A DNA stretch of 64,000 bases, taken from Felis catus (lineage: Eukaryota). Below the pieces are notes generated by a model. That model made no database searches. It saw only the letters and a list, made by a program, of their open reading frames with translations, and had not been told where the DNA came from. Below are positions 37,978-50,088 of the stretch, piece by piece (within the stretch, counting starts at the first letter, position 1; each line of letters opens with the position of its first letter). The position numbers were made by a program, and so were the translations under genes. The DNA is taken from positions 31,746,001 to 31,810,000 of the forward strand of contig NC_058368.1 in NCBI RefSeq assembly GCF_018350175.1. The letters run 5' to 3'.

Positions 37978-37990
37978 AAAAAGCTTAGAT

Positions 37991-38105
37991 GGATGCAACT
38001 GGGTGGCTCAGTCAGTTAAGTGACCAACTCTTGATTTCATTGTCTCACGATTCCTTATATCAAGCCCTATGTTGGGCTCTGAGCTGAGAGTGCTGAGCCT
38101 GCTTG

Positions 38106-38149
<44 letters not shown>

Positions 38150-38207
38150 GTGCTTCCCCGCTCTTTCTCTCTGTCTCTCTCCTTCTCAAAATAAGAATTA
38201 AAAAAAA
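37991..38207 (+). mobile_element. Can-SINE (older subfamily)
   Basis: CTGGGTGGCTCAGTCAGTTAAG head, (CT)n tract and A tail, flanked by AAAAAGCTTAGATG. Confidence 0.93.
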
Positions 38208-38734
38208 AAAAAGCTTAGATGACAGGGTAAAAGTTCAAGAACTCTTTTTTTCTAGTGATAAAGGAGTTTAGCTTTTCCACTACATTCTGATACCTTCTGA
38301 TATTTGGAGTATGTCTAACTCCCAGTACTGTAAGAAATGGCAGGAAGCCAATTCTGAAGCTCAGCTATTACACAATAAAGCATATGAAATCAGCTTTCTG
38401 GCGTTTGCTTTTCACAACTGCCAAATTCAGTATATTGTATTGTTCTGCTGTCACCGAGGGACCTCTTAACGTGCACAAGTTGCATTGTTCAACTTGCCAA
38501 ACATCTTGAGGATTAAATATGTATCTCTTCTTCTAGTAATATTCTAAATCATTAAAAGAGATCAGCCATAGGTGAATTCTGATTCTTTTTAAAAAATCCA
38601 TTAGTGTAATAATTGAGCATCCCTTGTTAGAAAATGATGTGGCAAGGATGAATGACCACTTCTCTCTTCAAAACATTATGTTTGAATGTAAAATTAAGCC
38701 AGGATTAAAATTCCCTTTAAAAATGTAGGAATGT

Positions 38735-38950
38735 GGGGTGCCTGGGTGGCTCAGTGGGTTGAGCATCCGACTTCAGCTCAGGTCATGATCTCACACTCAG
38801 TGAGTTCGAGCACTGCGTCGGGCTCTGTGCTGACAGCTCAGAGCCTGGAGCCTGCTTCAGATTCTGTGTCTCCCCCTCTCCCTGCCCCTCCCATGCTCAT
38901 GCTCTGTCTCTCTGTCTCAAAAATAAATTTAAAAAAAAAACACAAAAAAA
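38735..38950 (+). mobile_element. Can-SINE (felid type)
   Basis: GGGGTGCCTGGGTGGCTCAG head and A tail; flanks share TAGGAATG. Confidence 0.95.
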
Positions 38951-38989
38951 ATTTAATTTAGGAATGAGTTTTTCAACAATTTCCTAGCA

Positions 38990-39500
38990 TATTTTTCTCA
39001 ACATTTCTTTATTAATATTTTCAAACATACAAAGAAGTTGAGAATTTTACTGTGAACCCTCGCATACCCAGCACCACGATTCTACTTCCACTTTCATCAT
39101 GCTTAAACTTCCCTTTACCTGTTCCTCTATCTCTCCACAATGCATCTTATTTTTTGATGAAATTTAAAGAAAATTGGAGACATTAACATACTTCCTCTTG
39201 AATCTTTCATTATGTGCATGATTAACAAGAGTTTGTATTCTATTTTATGTACCATAAAACCGACAAATTTGCTAAGTTTTGACCAACATGTAACTGGATA
39301 ATGCATGCAGCCTGTATAACTTAAGTTCCTACATAGAGCATGGAATGTTGCTATTAGCTCTGAATGATTATTCATGACCCTACCTAGTAAGTTCCTGCCT
39401 CCAATCCAGTCTATGAAACCACTGTGTCATTTTCTCCCATATGTTAGTTTTGTTCGTTCTAAAGCTTCATAATGGAATCATATAGCCTGCTCTCTTCTTT
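38990..39500 (-). mobile_element. Old L1M 3'UTR fragments
   Basis: TTTCAAACATACAAAGAAGTTGAGAATTTTACTGTGAACCC and AATGGAATCATATAG motifs. Confidence 0.6.
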
Positions 39501-40067
39501 CAAACAGATAATGTCTTTTGTCCTTTTATGATAATAGCCTTTATTTTATTTTTCTTTTTACCCCCACCACTTAGAAAATGTTACTTTTATTGCCTCAATT
39601 ACTCATATTTAGATTCTCTTCTCTATGGATAAACTCAGAGTATAGTATTTACTTTAACCTTGAGTAGTGCAGAGATGTTGCTCTTGGTTTCTGCAATCTG
39701 GAAAGTTCTTTGGTGCAATGTTCTTTCATTTTTTCATAATCAAAACTATCCTTTTTCTTCACTCATTTCTAGTCATTGGTGCCACAGTGACATGAATTGT
39801 TTTGCTTTTCAACCCATCTGCTTTTCTTCACACTTTCCCAGTCTCCGTCTTTAAAGCTCAGATGATCCTTCTTCAGGATTCCTTTAACCTCTTCTGACTC
39901 TAAAAGAAAGCACACCTAAGGTTAAATAGTAAAAATATATTCATTCTAAATGATATTTGCTTGTTAAATTTTGAAATTTAGAAATAAAAAGCACTTTATC
40001 TGATAATTCTGACACTTTAAAATAGCTGCTAAAAACATGTTAACAACATCTCTTCTGGCGCAGGCCA

Positions 40068-40492
40068 GTCGTAGATGCTGTTGGTTTCTACTCAGATCCC
40101 CTTTGTTGTGCAGGTGTGTGCATCCCTCAGTGGCTGGCTGGATTGGCTGCTGAGAGTCACAGCTGCACTCAGCCCTGGAGGGTTTCCCAGGACCAATGTG
40201 CACAGCCTTACCTGGAAATTCCTGGAAGGTTACAACTTCTCTAGAGCCAATGGCTGACAGGAAAAAAGATTGGCCCTCTTATACCAAATGGAAATAACTC
40301 CAAGGTGCCATTCATTCTTGGAACAGAATCAGGCTGAGGCTAGACTTCAGCTGAAACTACATTTTGTTTAGCTTCTCCTCCTATCCTGTCCGGCTTCCTT
40401 CATTTCCTTCCAGGACTCTCCCACTGTTAACTGCTCACTTATAAATGAGTCACAACAAAGGCTTTACTTCCCTGGAAGCCAAACAAAGGTAG
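40068..40492 (+). mobile_element. Solo LTR, LTR16-like (ERVL)
   Basis: AGCCAATGGCTGACAGG...ATAACTCCAAGGTG...GCTGAGGCTAGACTTCAGCTGAAAC...CCTGTCCGGCTTCCTTCATTTCC. Confidence 0.7.
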
Positions 40493-40644
40493 CTCCACTA
40501 CCTTTCTTGTCTCCTTCCCTGTTATGAGTCAGGAATTAGTAGGGATGACTTAGTTAACATTCGTACTCTCTTCTGGAACAGGTGTAAAATATTTTTTGTC
40601 ATAGATAACATTTCACGTAATCAGTATTTTGAAACTTACAAATG

Positions 40645-41078
40645 TGGGAGCACCTGGTGGCTGAGTAGGTTGAGCATCCAACTCTTGATCTCATGATTCC
40701 TGAGTTTGAGCCCCATGTTAGCCTCTGTGCTGGCAGTGCAGAGCCTGCTTAAGATTTTGTCTCTCCCTTTTCTTTTTTTTTTTTTAACATTTATTTATTT
40801 TTGAGACAGAGAGAGACAGAGCATGAACGGGGGGAGGGCCAGAGAGAGAGGGAGACACAGAATCTGAAACAGGCTCCAGGCTCTGAGCTGTCAGGACAGA
40901 GCCTGATGCAGGGCTTGAATTCACGGACTGCGAGATCGTGACCTGAGCTGAAGTCGGACGCTCAACTGACTGAGCCACCCAGGTGCCCCTGTCTCTCCCT
41001 TTTCTACCCTCCCCCTCTTGTGCTTTCTCTCTCTCTCTCAAAATAAATTTATAAAAACTTAAAAAATAAAGTAAAATA
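40645..41078 (+). mobile_element. Can-SINE interrupted by an inverted SINE
   Basis: Head at 40645 and tail resuming at 41006; TSD TTACAAATGTG on both sides. Confidence 0.9.
40774..40989 (-). mobile_element. Felid SINEC_Fc nested in a SINE
   Basis: Perfect 16-bp TSD TGTCTCTCCCTTTTCT (40758-40773, 40990-41005). Confidence 0.96.
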
Positions 41079-41699
41079 AATTTACAAATGTGAAGATGTA
41101 TATATCAGTTATCTGCAATTTAAATTTTCTTTGTTATATTCCTATGTTTTCCTTTAAAATGTTGACATTTATCTTGTTTTTCTCTTTTTTGATTACACTT
41201 GTCACCGTTTTCAGATTTTGTTAATTAGAGAGATTATTTTTAACTTATTGATTTATTGTTTACCCTCTATGCATATTTTGAGTTTATTCTTAAGTTTTGG
41301 ATTTTATTTCTAACATGTTTAGTCTAATGTTTACTTTATTTCTTTCTTGTTTATTATTGAAAACACTTAGGCTGTGATTTTACTTTTCTGTAGAGTTTTG
41401 CCCTCTCCTATACATTTAATATTGTTTTCCCTAATTTTAAGTATTAACAATTCTCAACTTACAGATTTTGTTGTTGTTGTTTGTTTTTAAAGAGGGAGTT
41501 AGGAAACTTTCTCATATTTTAATTTTGGTAAGTATTGTGCAATTTTTTTTCTTCATTTATTTTTATTTTTCTAATATTTGATCACTTTTTTAGTTGGTCT
41601 CAGGGAATTGGAAAGAGTATATATAATATCCACAGTATATATATACACATACATGTAACATACACCAGTATAATACACACACAAACACATATTGTGAAT

Positions 41700-41853
41700 T
41701 TTTTTTAAATGTTGGTTTATTTTTGAGAAAGAGGTGAGGGGCAGAGAAACAGCTATCAGGATAGAGCCCGACGTGAGCCTCAAACTCTTGAACCATGAGA
41801 TCATGACCTGAGCCAAAGTCAGACACTTAACCAACTAAGCCACCTAGTCACTC
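41700..41853 (-). mobile_element. Can-SINE, internally deleted
   Basis: AGAGCCCGACGTGAGCCTCAAACTC...GAGATCATGACCTGAGCC. Confidence 0.88.
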
Positions 41854-42378
41854 CTATATTAGGAAATTTTAACTCCTTTTTTTTGTTGTTTGTTTTCCAT
41901 TTATGTGATGTGTCAGAAATCAAGAGTGTGGTGCTGAGGCATTAAAAAATATTATTATGCCAATTTATTTTTATATTTGTTAAATTATTTTTCATATACT
42001 ATGGAGCAGTAACAATTAGCCAGTAGTATTAGGTGTTTCATACACTTCTCTGCCATATACTGCTCTGACCCAAATTCTGTTATTATGGACATATGTGATA
42101 CTTTGGGGAAGGATTGTACAACTTTCATATGAATTTTAAAGGGATTCATAACCTGAAATAGCTTAAGAACAACTTTTCTGTATCCTCCTATACTTCTGGC
42201 TATTCCAGCCTAAACACTGTGAGGGATTTCTTAATGTATTTCTCTAATATTGTTTCTGAAAATCTTTCCTTGTATATTTACTTTTGTTATTGTTGTTTTT
42301 GTCTATATATTTCAGTATCATTTGATTATTAAATATTTTATATTGTATCTATTATTAATGTTGAAAGGCCACTTTTTA

Positions 42379-42887
42379 TGTCAGAGTTTTCAAAGAAAAG
42401 CAATGCTGAACAGAGTGAATCAGACAAGGAAGGCTTTATCCAAGACTTACAAGAGGGAAGAGAGACTGAACTCAAGTTTCTTGAAACAAAAGTCAGGAGA
42501 GTCTAAGTTCTGGGGTGAGCTAGTGGAAAAGAGTTGTAGAATGTTAGGGGAGGAAGGTTGTTGGATGCCATTGGGCCATGAGCTTCCCCTAATTGCCACT
42601 TAATTGAGTTAGACTCCTAATCTTCCCACAAAAACTGGAAGATAGTAAGGCATATATGAATGCCTTTCAAAAGGGTGTTGCCCAGGTCCTTGGGGAGACA
42701 TTGCTGGGTTGTAAAACTAGCAAGAGCCTGGGAAAAGGTTTGTGTCTTAAAGGGGTAGAGAAAGAATTCATAACTGGAAGTCTTCTAAAATCAATGCTCT
42801 AAGAAAAGGGAGGTCAAAGGCCAACAGTCTAAGAGAAGTCTGTCTGAAGTTTAGTCAAACTGAGGGGAACTTAGGGCCCTTTAGTCA
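42379..42887 (-). mobile_element. Solo LTR, MER67-like (ERV1)
   Basis: TG...CA termini. The minus strand reads TTCCCCTCAGTTTGACTAAACTTCAGACAG...TGACCTCCCTTTTCTTAGAGCATT, as in MER67. Confidence 0.8.
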
Positions 42888-43983
42888 GTTCCCTCTGATT
42901 CCCCAGGAAACCAGGCTCTGCTAAAAGTCAGAGGCATGTCTTGTGACTTGACTTGGGTGTTATTTTCAATCTGGGAGCAACTGCCTTATCTCTGGCAGAA
43001 ATCCTGATATATGACATGTGGAGTGCACCCTGCTTTTGGTTTCCAGAGTAGCTTCAGGTTTTTCCCTTGTTTTATGTTTTGTTCCTCCTTCCAAGGGAGT
43101 TGGGGGAGCAGAAAGGCTAGCCAATTGTGTTTTCATTTTATTTGGTAGAATGACAATGTTTTAAGTAGTTGTTGGAAACCAACTAGGACAAGCCTCTTAT
43201 TTCATAAATAAGAAAATTGAAAGCTACAGAATATAAATAGCTTGCCAGAGATTCCAAAAACAGTTAGGAAAGGAGCTAGAACGGTAATTTTTGTCTTCCA
43301 GTGCCTTTGATTACATTAGCTTACTTCTATCGCTACTTTTAGTGAACACTCAATATTAGCTCCTCAACGGATTTCTCTCTCATTTTCTCTGCTCTTCCTG
43401 AAATGTATTGTGATATTTGATTATTTTTTTACAAATTGAAATACACTGCTGTAACAAAGTCACTGTTATCTAATTTTATCTCTTTGATGTGCAGGCATGA
43501 TTGAAATGCTTGTTTGGCTATGGATGTGTCCTTGTTCTTTCTGTTTAACCAGTAGTTAAGATAAGTTCTAGATGGTTTAGAAAACAGATGGCTTAAAGGG
43601 AAGGCTGTATTGTAATATATTGTAATAATTTTAATATACTCTTACTAGTAGCAAAAGTTTTGCATTGTTTGGACAATGTATTTCAGAGGAGCAGTTTAAT
43701 AAGGTGCTATTGTTTCTAATAACTTTATATTATATGTACATATTATGTTTCTTCCTTACACAAGATTTAGTAAATTATGCTATTACAAACAAGCTTTTAA
43801 CAGTATAAAATTATGTATATAATCAATGATATTAGGTATCATAAAATACAGCAAATAGATTTCCAGAACAAGAAATAATATTTGAAAATATATCTAGACT
43901 TTACAAAGTGCCAACAGTTATCATTTATACCTGGAATTCCTTTCAAAAAACAATTCTATGTAAATGTTTCTGAGTATACATAC

Positions 43984-43992
<9 letters not shown>

Positions 43993-44030
<38 letters not shown>
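43993..44030. repeat. (TA)n microsatellite
   Basis: Read directly from the sequence. Confidence 0.95.
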
Positions 44031-44031
<1 letters not shown>

Positions 44032-46282
44032 CAAATTATTAAGATATCTGTTGATTCCTTACTTGATTGTATAAAAACCAGCAGCTTGGAAAGGATTGTA
44101 AGTTCCTTGAATTTCTAGGGCTATAAAGTTTTTTTTTCCTGCTTCTCCTGTCTTGCTCTCAATTTATCATAGGCTATGGAATGGCAGTAGGGTATTATTG
44201 ACAGAGAGATTTTATCAGAGTTTTGATCCCTGAACTCATACATGTTTACATTATCATTACTTTTTGTTACATTTTAACAAGGTAAATATTAACTCCTTTG
44301 CAATATTAACTCTAATCCAAAGTGTTACACGTCTCAGGTTGAAAAAAAAAACACAAAAAACAATACTGAATGAGCTATTCATTTCCATCTAAGAAAACCC
44401 TGCCTGGAATTAGCTCTTAGTGTGGGTATACTCTTAATGTTTAGACAGTGTGTTGTAAAAAATTGGATTTTATAGCCGGGGTGGGGGGAGTGCTTCATAT
44501 CACCAAGAAACTATGGAAGGGATTAAAGTCAAAGGAATGAAACGTATTTCATATCACAGAAAAATTGAAATTGATTTTTAAACTTTACCTGGATTAGAAG
44601 AAGAAATGGAAAGCTTATACTGTGGGGTAAACCACATCAGTAATATTAAATAAATTAAAACTTTTTAGATATTAAAAAAATGTACATGTGTCCCATCATC
44701 TAAATAATTTTAAATGTCATATAAACGGATGTTTTACAAATATGTGCATATCTTTCTGGAAATATACATATAAATCTTTATATATCTATGCATTTCCCTA
44801 TTTTCTTCATTTTTTACATGCTGTAAAATGTTCTTAAGGAATTCTGGTGACTCTCTTAATTACAATTAGCTAAGGTTAAATTTTCTTTTACTAACAATCA
44901 CCATTAGGAATGAGATAAGAGTTAATCTTCACTTAGGTCATTGATGACTTAGACTGATCCAATAGTTTAAATGAAATTAGTTACCTTCTCTTAGAAACTT
45001 GTTTTTTACTGTAACTTCAGATAGAAATACTGAATTTACATTATAGATTAGAAAAACCTTAATAAGGACTCTAGCAAAGACTAAAATATGAATAGCTAAT
45101 TTTAGTTGTTACATATATGCTGTACAGAAAATCCACTATTTCTATGATTTTTCCCTCATTTTCTCATTAAACCATTGTTCCATATTTAATTAAAGCTATC
45201 CAACCTTCTGTGCATAACTAATCATTTGAAAACATTATACTGATAAAGAAATTTGTGTGTAATAAATTGAGAAATACTCCTGGGGAAATTAAAAAAGATG
45301 CCAACAATAATTTTCACAAATGACAAATTATATTCAATGTATTCCACCCTTTAAATACAGGTGTTTTAACATACACTCACTTTATCTTCAAAGAATAAAA
45401 CATTCTAAGATTTTAAAATGACTTCTCATTATCATGATACACACAATTCTCTGTTATAAAAATAATAAAATGCTTGTTTCTTCACCCATGAAGGTGGGCT
45501 CATCTTAACAGTACTTCATACACACCCCCCCAATACAATCACAATAAAATATTTATGAAATGTTTCAAATTGAATTGTATTTTTTTCACTTGGTAATTCA
45601 GAAAAAGAGTGTATCTAGAAAAGTACTTTTTTTATAATAAATGGGGGGTATCATGCTTTTTTGTCTACTAAAATATTCTAATAACTTTCTAATGGTAGGC
45701 ACAATCTTGCAGCAAAAAGTGAAAGTTTGATGATTTCCACAAACTCCTTTTAAGAAAAGTGCATTAAATGAAAAACCCACTGTTTATTTATTTAAAAAAA
45801 AACTTCACAAGCAAAAATAAGGATTGATAAAATAAATTGCAATGTTTATTTTAGCATCTGTTATGTTTAGAAGTTAACACCATTTTACACTCATATTAAT
45901 TGCCTAATAACTTGTTATTTCTATTAGAAAAGCAATGTAATCAAGAAAATTAACATATTGAACTACAAGCACCTATATTCATTTTTCACTGTTAGCTAAC
46001 CATCAGTCATCAGATAGTTTAATTTGAAATAATTCATTATATATTTAGTTTATATGATTACATTTGTCAGAAAGTATAATTGTTACTGTCCCTCATTATC
46101 TTTATGTCTTCTTTAATTCCATATGTCTTATTAACAAATTTTCATTGATTGAACAATATGAAAAAAATCATACCATATAATAACAATCTCCTCTAGTTAC
46201 ATTCAGTTTTATTCAAATTAATTAGGTAAATAATATTGAATATTTTCTTGTAAGGAAAACAGGAAAAATCTGGACATTCTTT

Positions 46283-47030
46283 TAAAACTTTTTTATTGAG
46301 ATATAATTGATTTATATTAGTTTGAGGTGTATGACATAATGATTCGATGGATGTTTGTATTGTGAAATGATTACCACAATAAGTCTAACATCTATTATAC
46401 AGAGCTACAAATTTATTTTCCTTGTGATGAGAAATTTTAAGATTTACTTTCCTGACAACTTTCAGATATACACTATAGCATTATTAACTACAGTCACCAT
46501 ACTGTACATTACATACCCATGATTTCTTTTTTTTTCAATTTTTTAAATGTTTACTTATTTTTGAGAGAGAGAGAGTGCGAAAGGGGAAGGGGCAGAGAGA
46601 GGGAGAGACTCAGAATCCAAAGCAGGCTCCAGGCTTTGAGCTTCAAGCACAGATCCCAATGCGGGGCTCAAACTCATGAGCCATGAGATCATGACCCAAG
46701 CCGAAGTCTGACGCTTAACTGACAGAGCCAACCAGGCACCCCTATTTATTTTGTAACTGGAAGTTTGTACCTTTTGATCACCTTTAGCCATTTTGCCCAC
46801 CTCCCTCCCCCTGGCTCTGGCAACCACCAATCTCTTCTCTGTATCTGAGTTTGTTATGTTTTGTTTAATTCTGTGTAGATTTCACCTATCTGTGAGATCA
46901 TACAGTATTTGACTTTCTCTGTCTGACTTGTTTACTTAGCATAATGCCCTCAAGGTTAATATGTGTTCATGTGTGTTGTTACAAATGGCAGGATCTCCCT
47001 CTTTTTTTATGGCTGAACAATATTCTATGT

Positions 47031-47073
<43 letters not shown>

Positions 47074-47207
47074 ATATATATACATGCATGCCATATTTTC
47101 TTTGTCCATTTATCCATCAAGACACTGAAGTTGTTTGCATATCTTGGATATTGTACATAATGCTGCAATGAACATTTGAGTACAGATATCTTTTCGAGTT
47201 AGTGTTT
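46283..47207 (-). mobile_element. L1MA9/L1_Carn-like 3' end with a nested SINE and (CA)n at about 47035-47071
   Basis: TTTATTGAGATATAATTGA...ATTGTGAAATGATTACCACAATAAG...TTACTTAGCATAATGCCCTCAAGG; TSD about TGGACAT(T/A)CTTT. Confidence 0.9.
46525..46742 (-). mobile_element. Can-SINE (felid type) nested in L1
   Basis: Canonical body ending CCAGGCACCCC. Confidence 0.94.
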
Positions 47208-47215
47208 TGGACATA

Positions 47216-48064
47216 CAGTAAAAGCTTAGTTTGTGGGCATAGTTTGTTCCAGAAACATGCTTGTAATCCAAAGCATTTGTGTATGAAAGAGAATTTCCCC
47301 ATAAGAAATGATGGAAACTCAAATGATTCATTCCATAACCCAAAAATAGTCATAAAAATGATTGGATACTGTAATATAATACAAAATAATAAAGAAAATA
47401 CTAAATATAAAGAAAAATAAATTAACCTGCACTTAACCTTGGAAAACCTTCATGGCTAGTGTGAGGGAGAGAGAGGAGGGTTACTGTGTAGTATGACTTT
47501 CACTATCACTAACAGAATCACTGCTAATTGTTGACTCAGTGGAATCTTTTTCTGCATGGGGGCCATTGTATATGCTTGCACAGATGTTGAGTAAGGTACA
47601 GTATTAATAAACTCTTGTCATATGCTATATTTAATATAACTGGCAATAAGGCAGCAGAGGAAAGGGTCTATATCTGCAGGCAGCCTGACCTAGAATGAAG
47701 CAAAGCATTCCTAGGCTTACTCTTGAATGGAAAAGCAAAGGACTGTCCATAGGTGCTCTAAAGTGACAAAAAATACACTAGTGCCAGTTGTGGGCACCTT
47801 CCAGTATTCTGAAAAATCACTCTGATTTCTGCCAAACACCATGGCCTAAGACTGACCATCCAAGCATGGGAGATGATCACCCACAATCCCGCAGTGAGAG
47901 AGAGAGAGAGAACCATTGGCTCAGTTGTGGTCATGTGATATTCAGCATCATGTACGACTCATATTGCAAGACATTGCTCGTTTGTCAAGTTAAAATTTGT
48001 TAGAGATGTTTGCTCATCTTGCAGAACACTCAGAACAATTTACTCACAATCTAAGGTTTTAGTG
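47216..48064. mobile_element. Non-autonomous Tc1/mariner (Tigger-type) DNA element, about 850 bp
   Basis: TA on both sides. TIRs CAGTAAAAGCTTAGTTTGTGGG / (rc) CACTAAAACCTTAGATTGTGAG match at 18/22. No transposase ORF. Confidence 0.85.
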
Positions 48065-48400
48065 TACTTTCATTTTAGATTGTTAGATAGTTTGAACTAA
48101 ATAGTAAAAAGTTCACCCAATTGAAGGACATTGATATAAGGAAACACAAATCTACTTGCTTACTAAAGTGTCATATTATTTAATATTCAAGTCTAAAGTT
48201 ACTATCAAGATCCATTCTACATATCCTCATTATTTCCACAGATATAACTTTATGTTGATAATTTTTATTTTAAATTTCCCTTGAAATCACTACCTTCCAG
48301 GATGGAAGCTGTCCTTCTCTATTCCTATCACTGAAACAAAAAATGAACATAGTCATACTTCAAACAAGATACTTCAAAACTATTATTGACTGCTTTTATT

Positions 48401-48608
48401 TTTTATTTATTTAAAAAACAATTTAATGTTTATTTTGAGAGAGAGAGAGAGAGAGAGCCGGGAGGGGCAGAGAAAGAAGGAGACACAGAATCTGAAGCAG
48501 GCTCCAGGCTCTGAGCTGTCAGCACAGAGCACGATGCAGGGCCGAACCAAGATCATGACCTGAGCCAAAGTTGGAAACTTAACCGACTGAGCCACCCAGG
48601 TGCTCCTC
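48401..48608 (-). mobile_element. Can-SINE (felid type)
   Basis: 13-bp TSD GACTGCTTTTATT (48388-48400, 48609-48621). Confidence 0.95.
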
Positions 48609-48980
48609 GACTGCTTTTATTAAATAATTCCTTCATTCCCTCTCTACTCTTCCAAATTTATCTTGCTCATTTAAAAAATCAACCCAACTTCTCCCTCACA
48701 AGCAATTCCAACTTCCAAAAACCTGCTTTGTCCAAAATTCCCAACATATTATTTTGCAATATTTCTTTCTCACAAGCTATGTTTGAACTTCTTATTTTGA
48801 AGGAAAAAATGTGTAGACTCACAGGAGGCTGCAAAGAAATTCACTGAGAAGTCTCATGCACCATTCTCCCATCCATCCATTAACCTCTTACACAATTATA
48901 ATACGATATAAAAGCCAGGAAATTTATATTGCTGTAATCTATGGAGCTGATTTAGATTTCATCAGGTATACATGCACTCA

Positions 48981-49027
<47 letters not shown>

Positions 49028-49655
49028 CTCTATTTGATTTTAGCTCATGTTTAGCTCATGTACTACAGTGACCACAATCAAGATACTCACAAGACTCTTT
49101 TTGTTACCCCCCTTTAACCACACCCATTCCCTCCACCTCCCCACCATTTCCTGTTACCCATTAACTTGTTATCCATCCCTGTACTTATGTTATTTTGCGA
49201 ATGTTACATAAATGGAATCATTCCACAAGTATCCTTTTGAGTTTGACTTTTACTCAGGGTTCATCCAATTTGTCGCATGCATCAACAGTACATTCCTTTG
49301 AATTGTTCAATATATTCCATGGTATGGATATATAGTAATTCATGTAACCATTTATCTCCTGATACTGCTATGAACTAGACTAGATGTCATACTAGCTGCT
49401 AGAGTGATTGTACTATTTTTACCTTTCCATTAGTAATATATGAGTGATCCAGTTTCTCCACAACATTGCCCACATTTGGAATTACTATGTTCTATTTTAT
49501 CCATTCTGATAGTATGTAGTTATATCTCATGATGGTTTTAATTTCGATTTCTCTAATTGCTAATGATGTTGAGCATCTTTAAATGTGCTTATTTTCCATC
49601 TGTATATCCTCAGTGAAATGTATGTGCATGGTTTTTTATCTGCCTCCCCCATTGC

Positions 49656-49695
49656 TTTTTTTTTAATTAAAAAATTTTATTATTGTTTATTTAAT

Positions 49696-49730
<35 letters not shown>

Positions 49731-49907
49731 AGGGGAGGGGCAGAGAGAGAGAGACAGAGAGAGAGAGACAGAGAGACAGAATCTGAAACAGGATCCAGGC
49801 TCTGAGCTATCAGCACAGAGCAGGATGTGGGCCTCAAACTCACAAACCCTGAGATCATGGCCTGAGCTGAAGTCAGATGCTTAACTGACTGAGCCACCCA
49901 GTTGCCC
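49656..49907 (-). mobile_element. Can-SINE inserted in the tail of the adjacent SINE
   Basis: Full body with a long GA tract, ending CACCCAGTTGCCCC. Confidence 0.93.
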
Positions 49908-50088
49908 CTTTACATTTTTTTATATTTATTTATTTCTGAGAGAGAGAGACAGAAACAAAGTGTGAGTGGGGGAGGGGCAGAGAGAGAGGGAGACACAGAA
50001 TCTGAAGCACATTCTGGGCTCCTCAAAAACTTGAGATCATGACCTAAGCCTAAGTCTGCTACTTAACCACTGAGTCACCCAGGCGTTC
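49908..50088 (-). mobile_element. Can-SINE, internally deleted
   Basis: The SINE pair is flanked by CTGCCTCCCCC(C)ATT (about 49640-49653 and 50089-50103). Confidence 0.9.

Noticed and set aside
38735..38810. tRNA-like A/B-box sequence at SINE heads
   Set aside because: The tRNA-derived head of Can-SINEs, not a tRNA gene.
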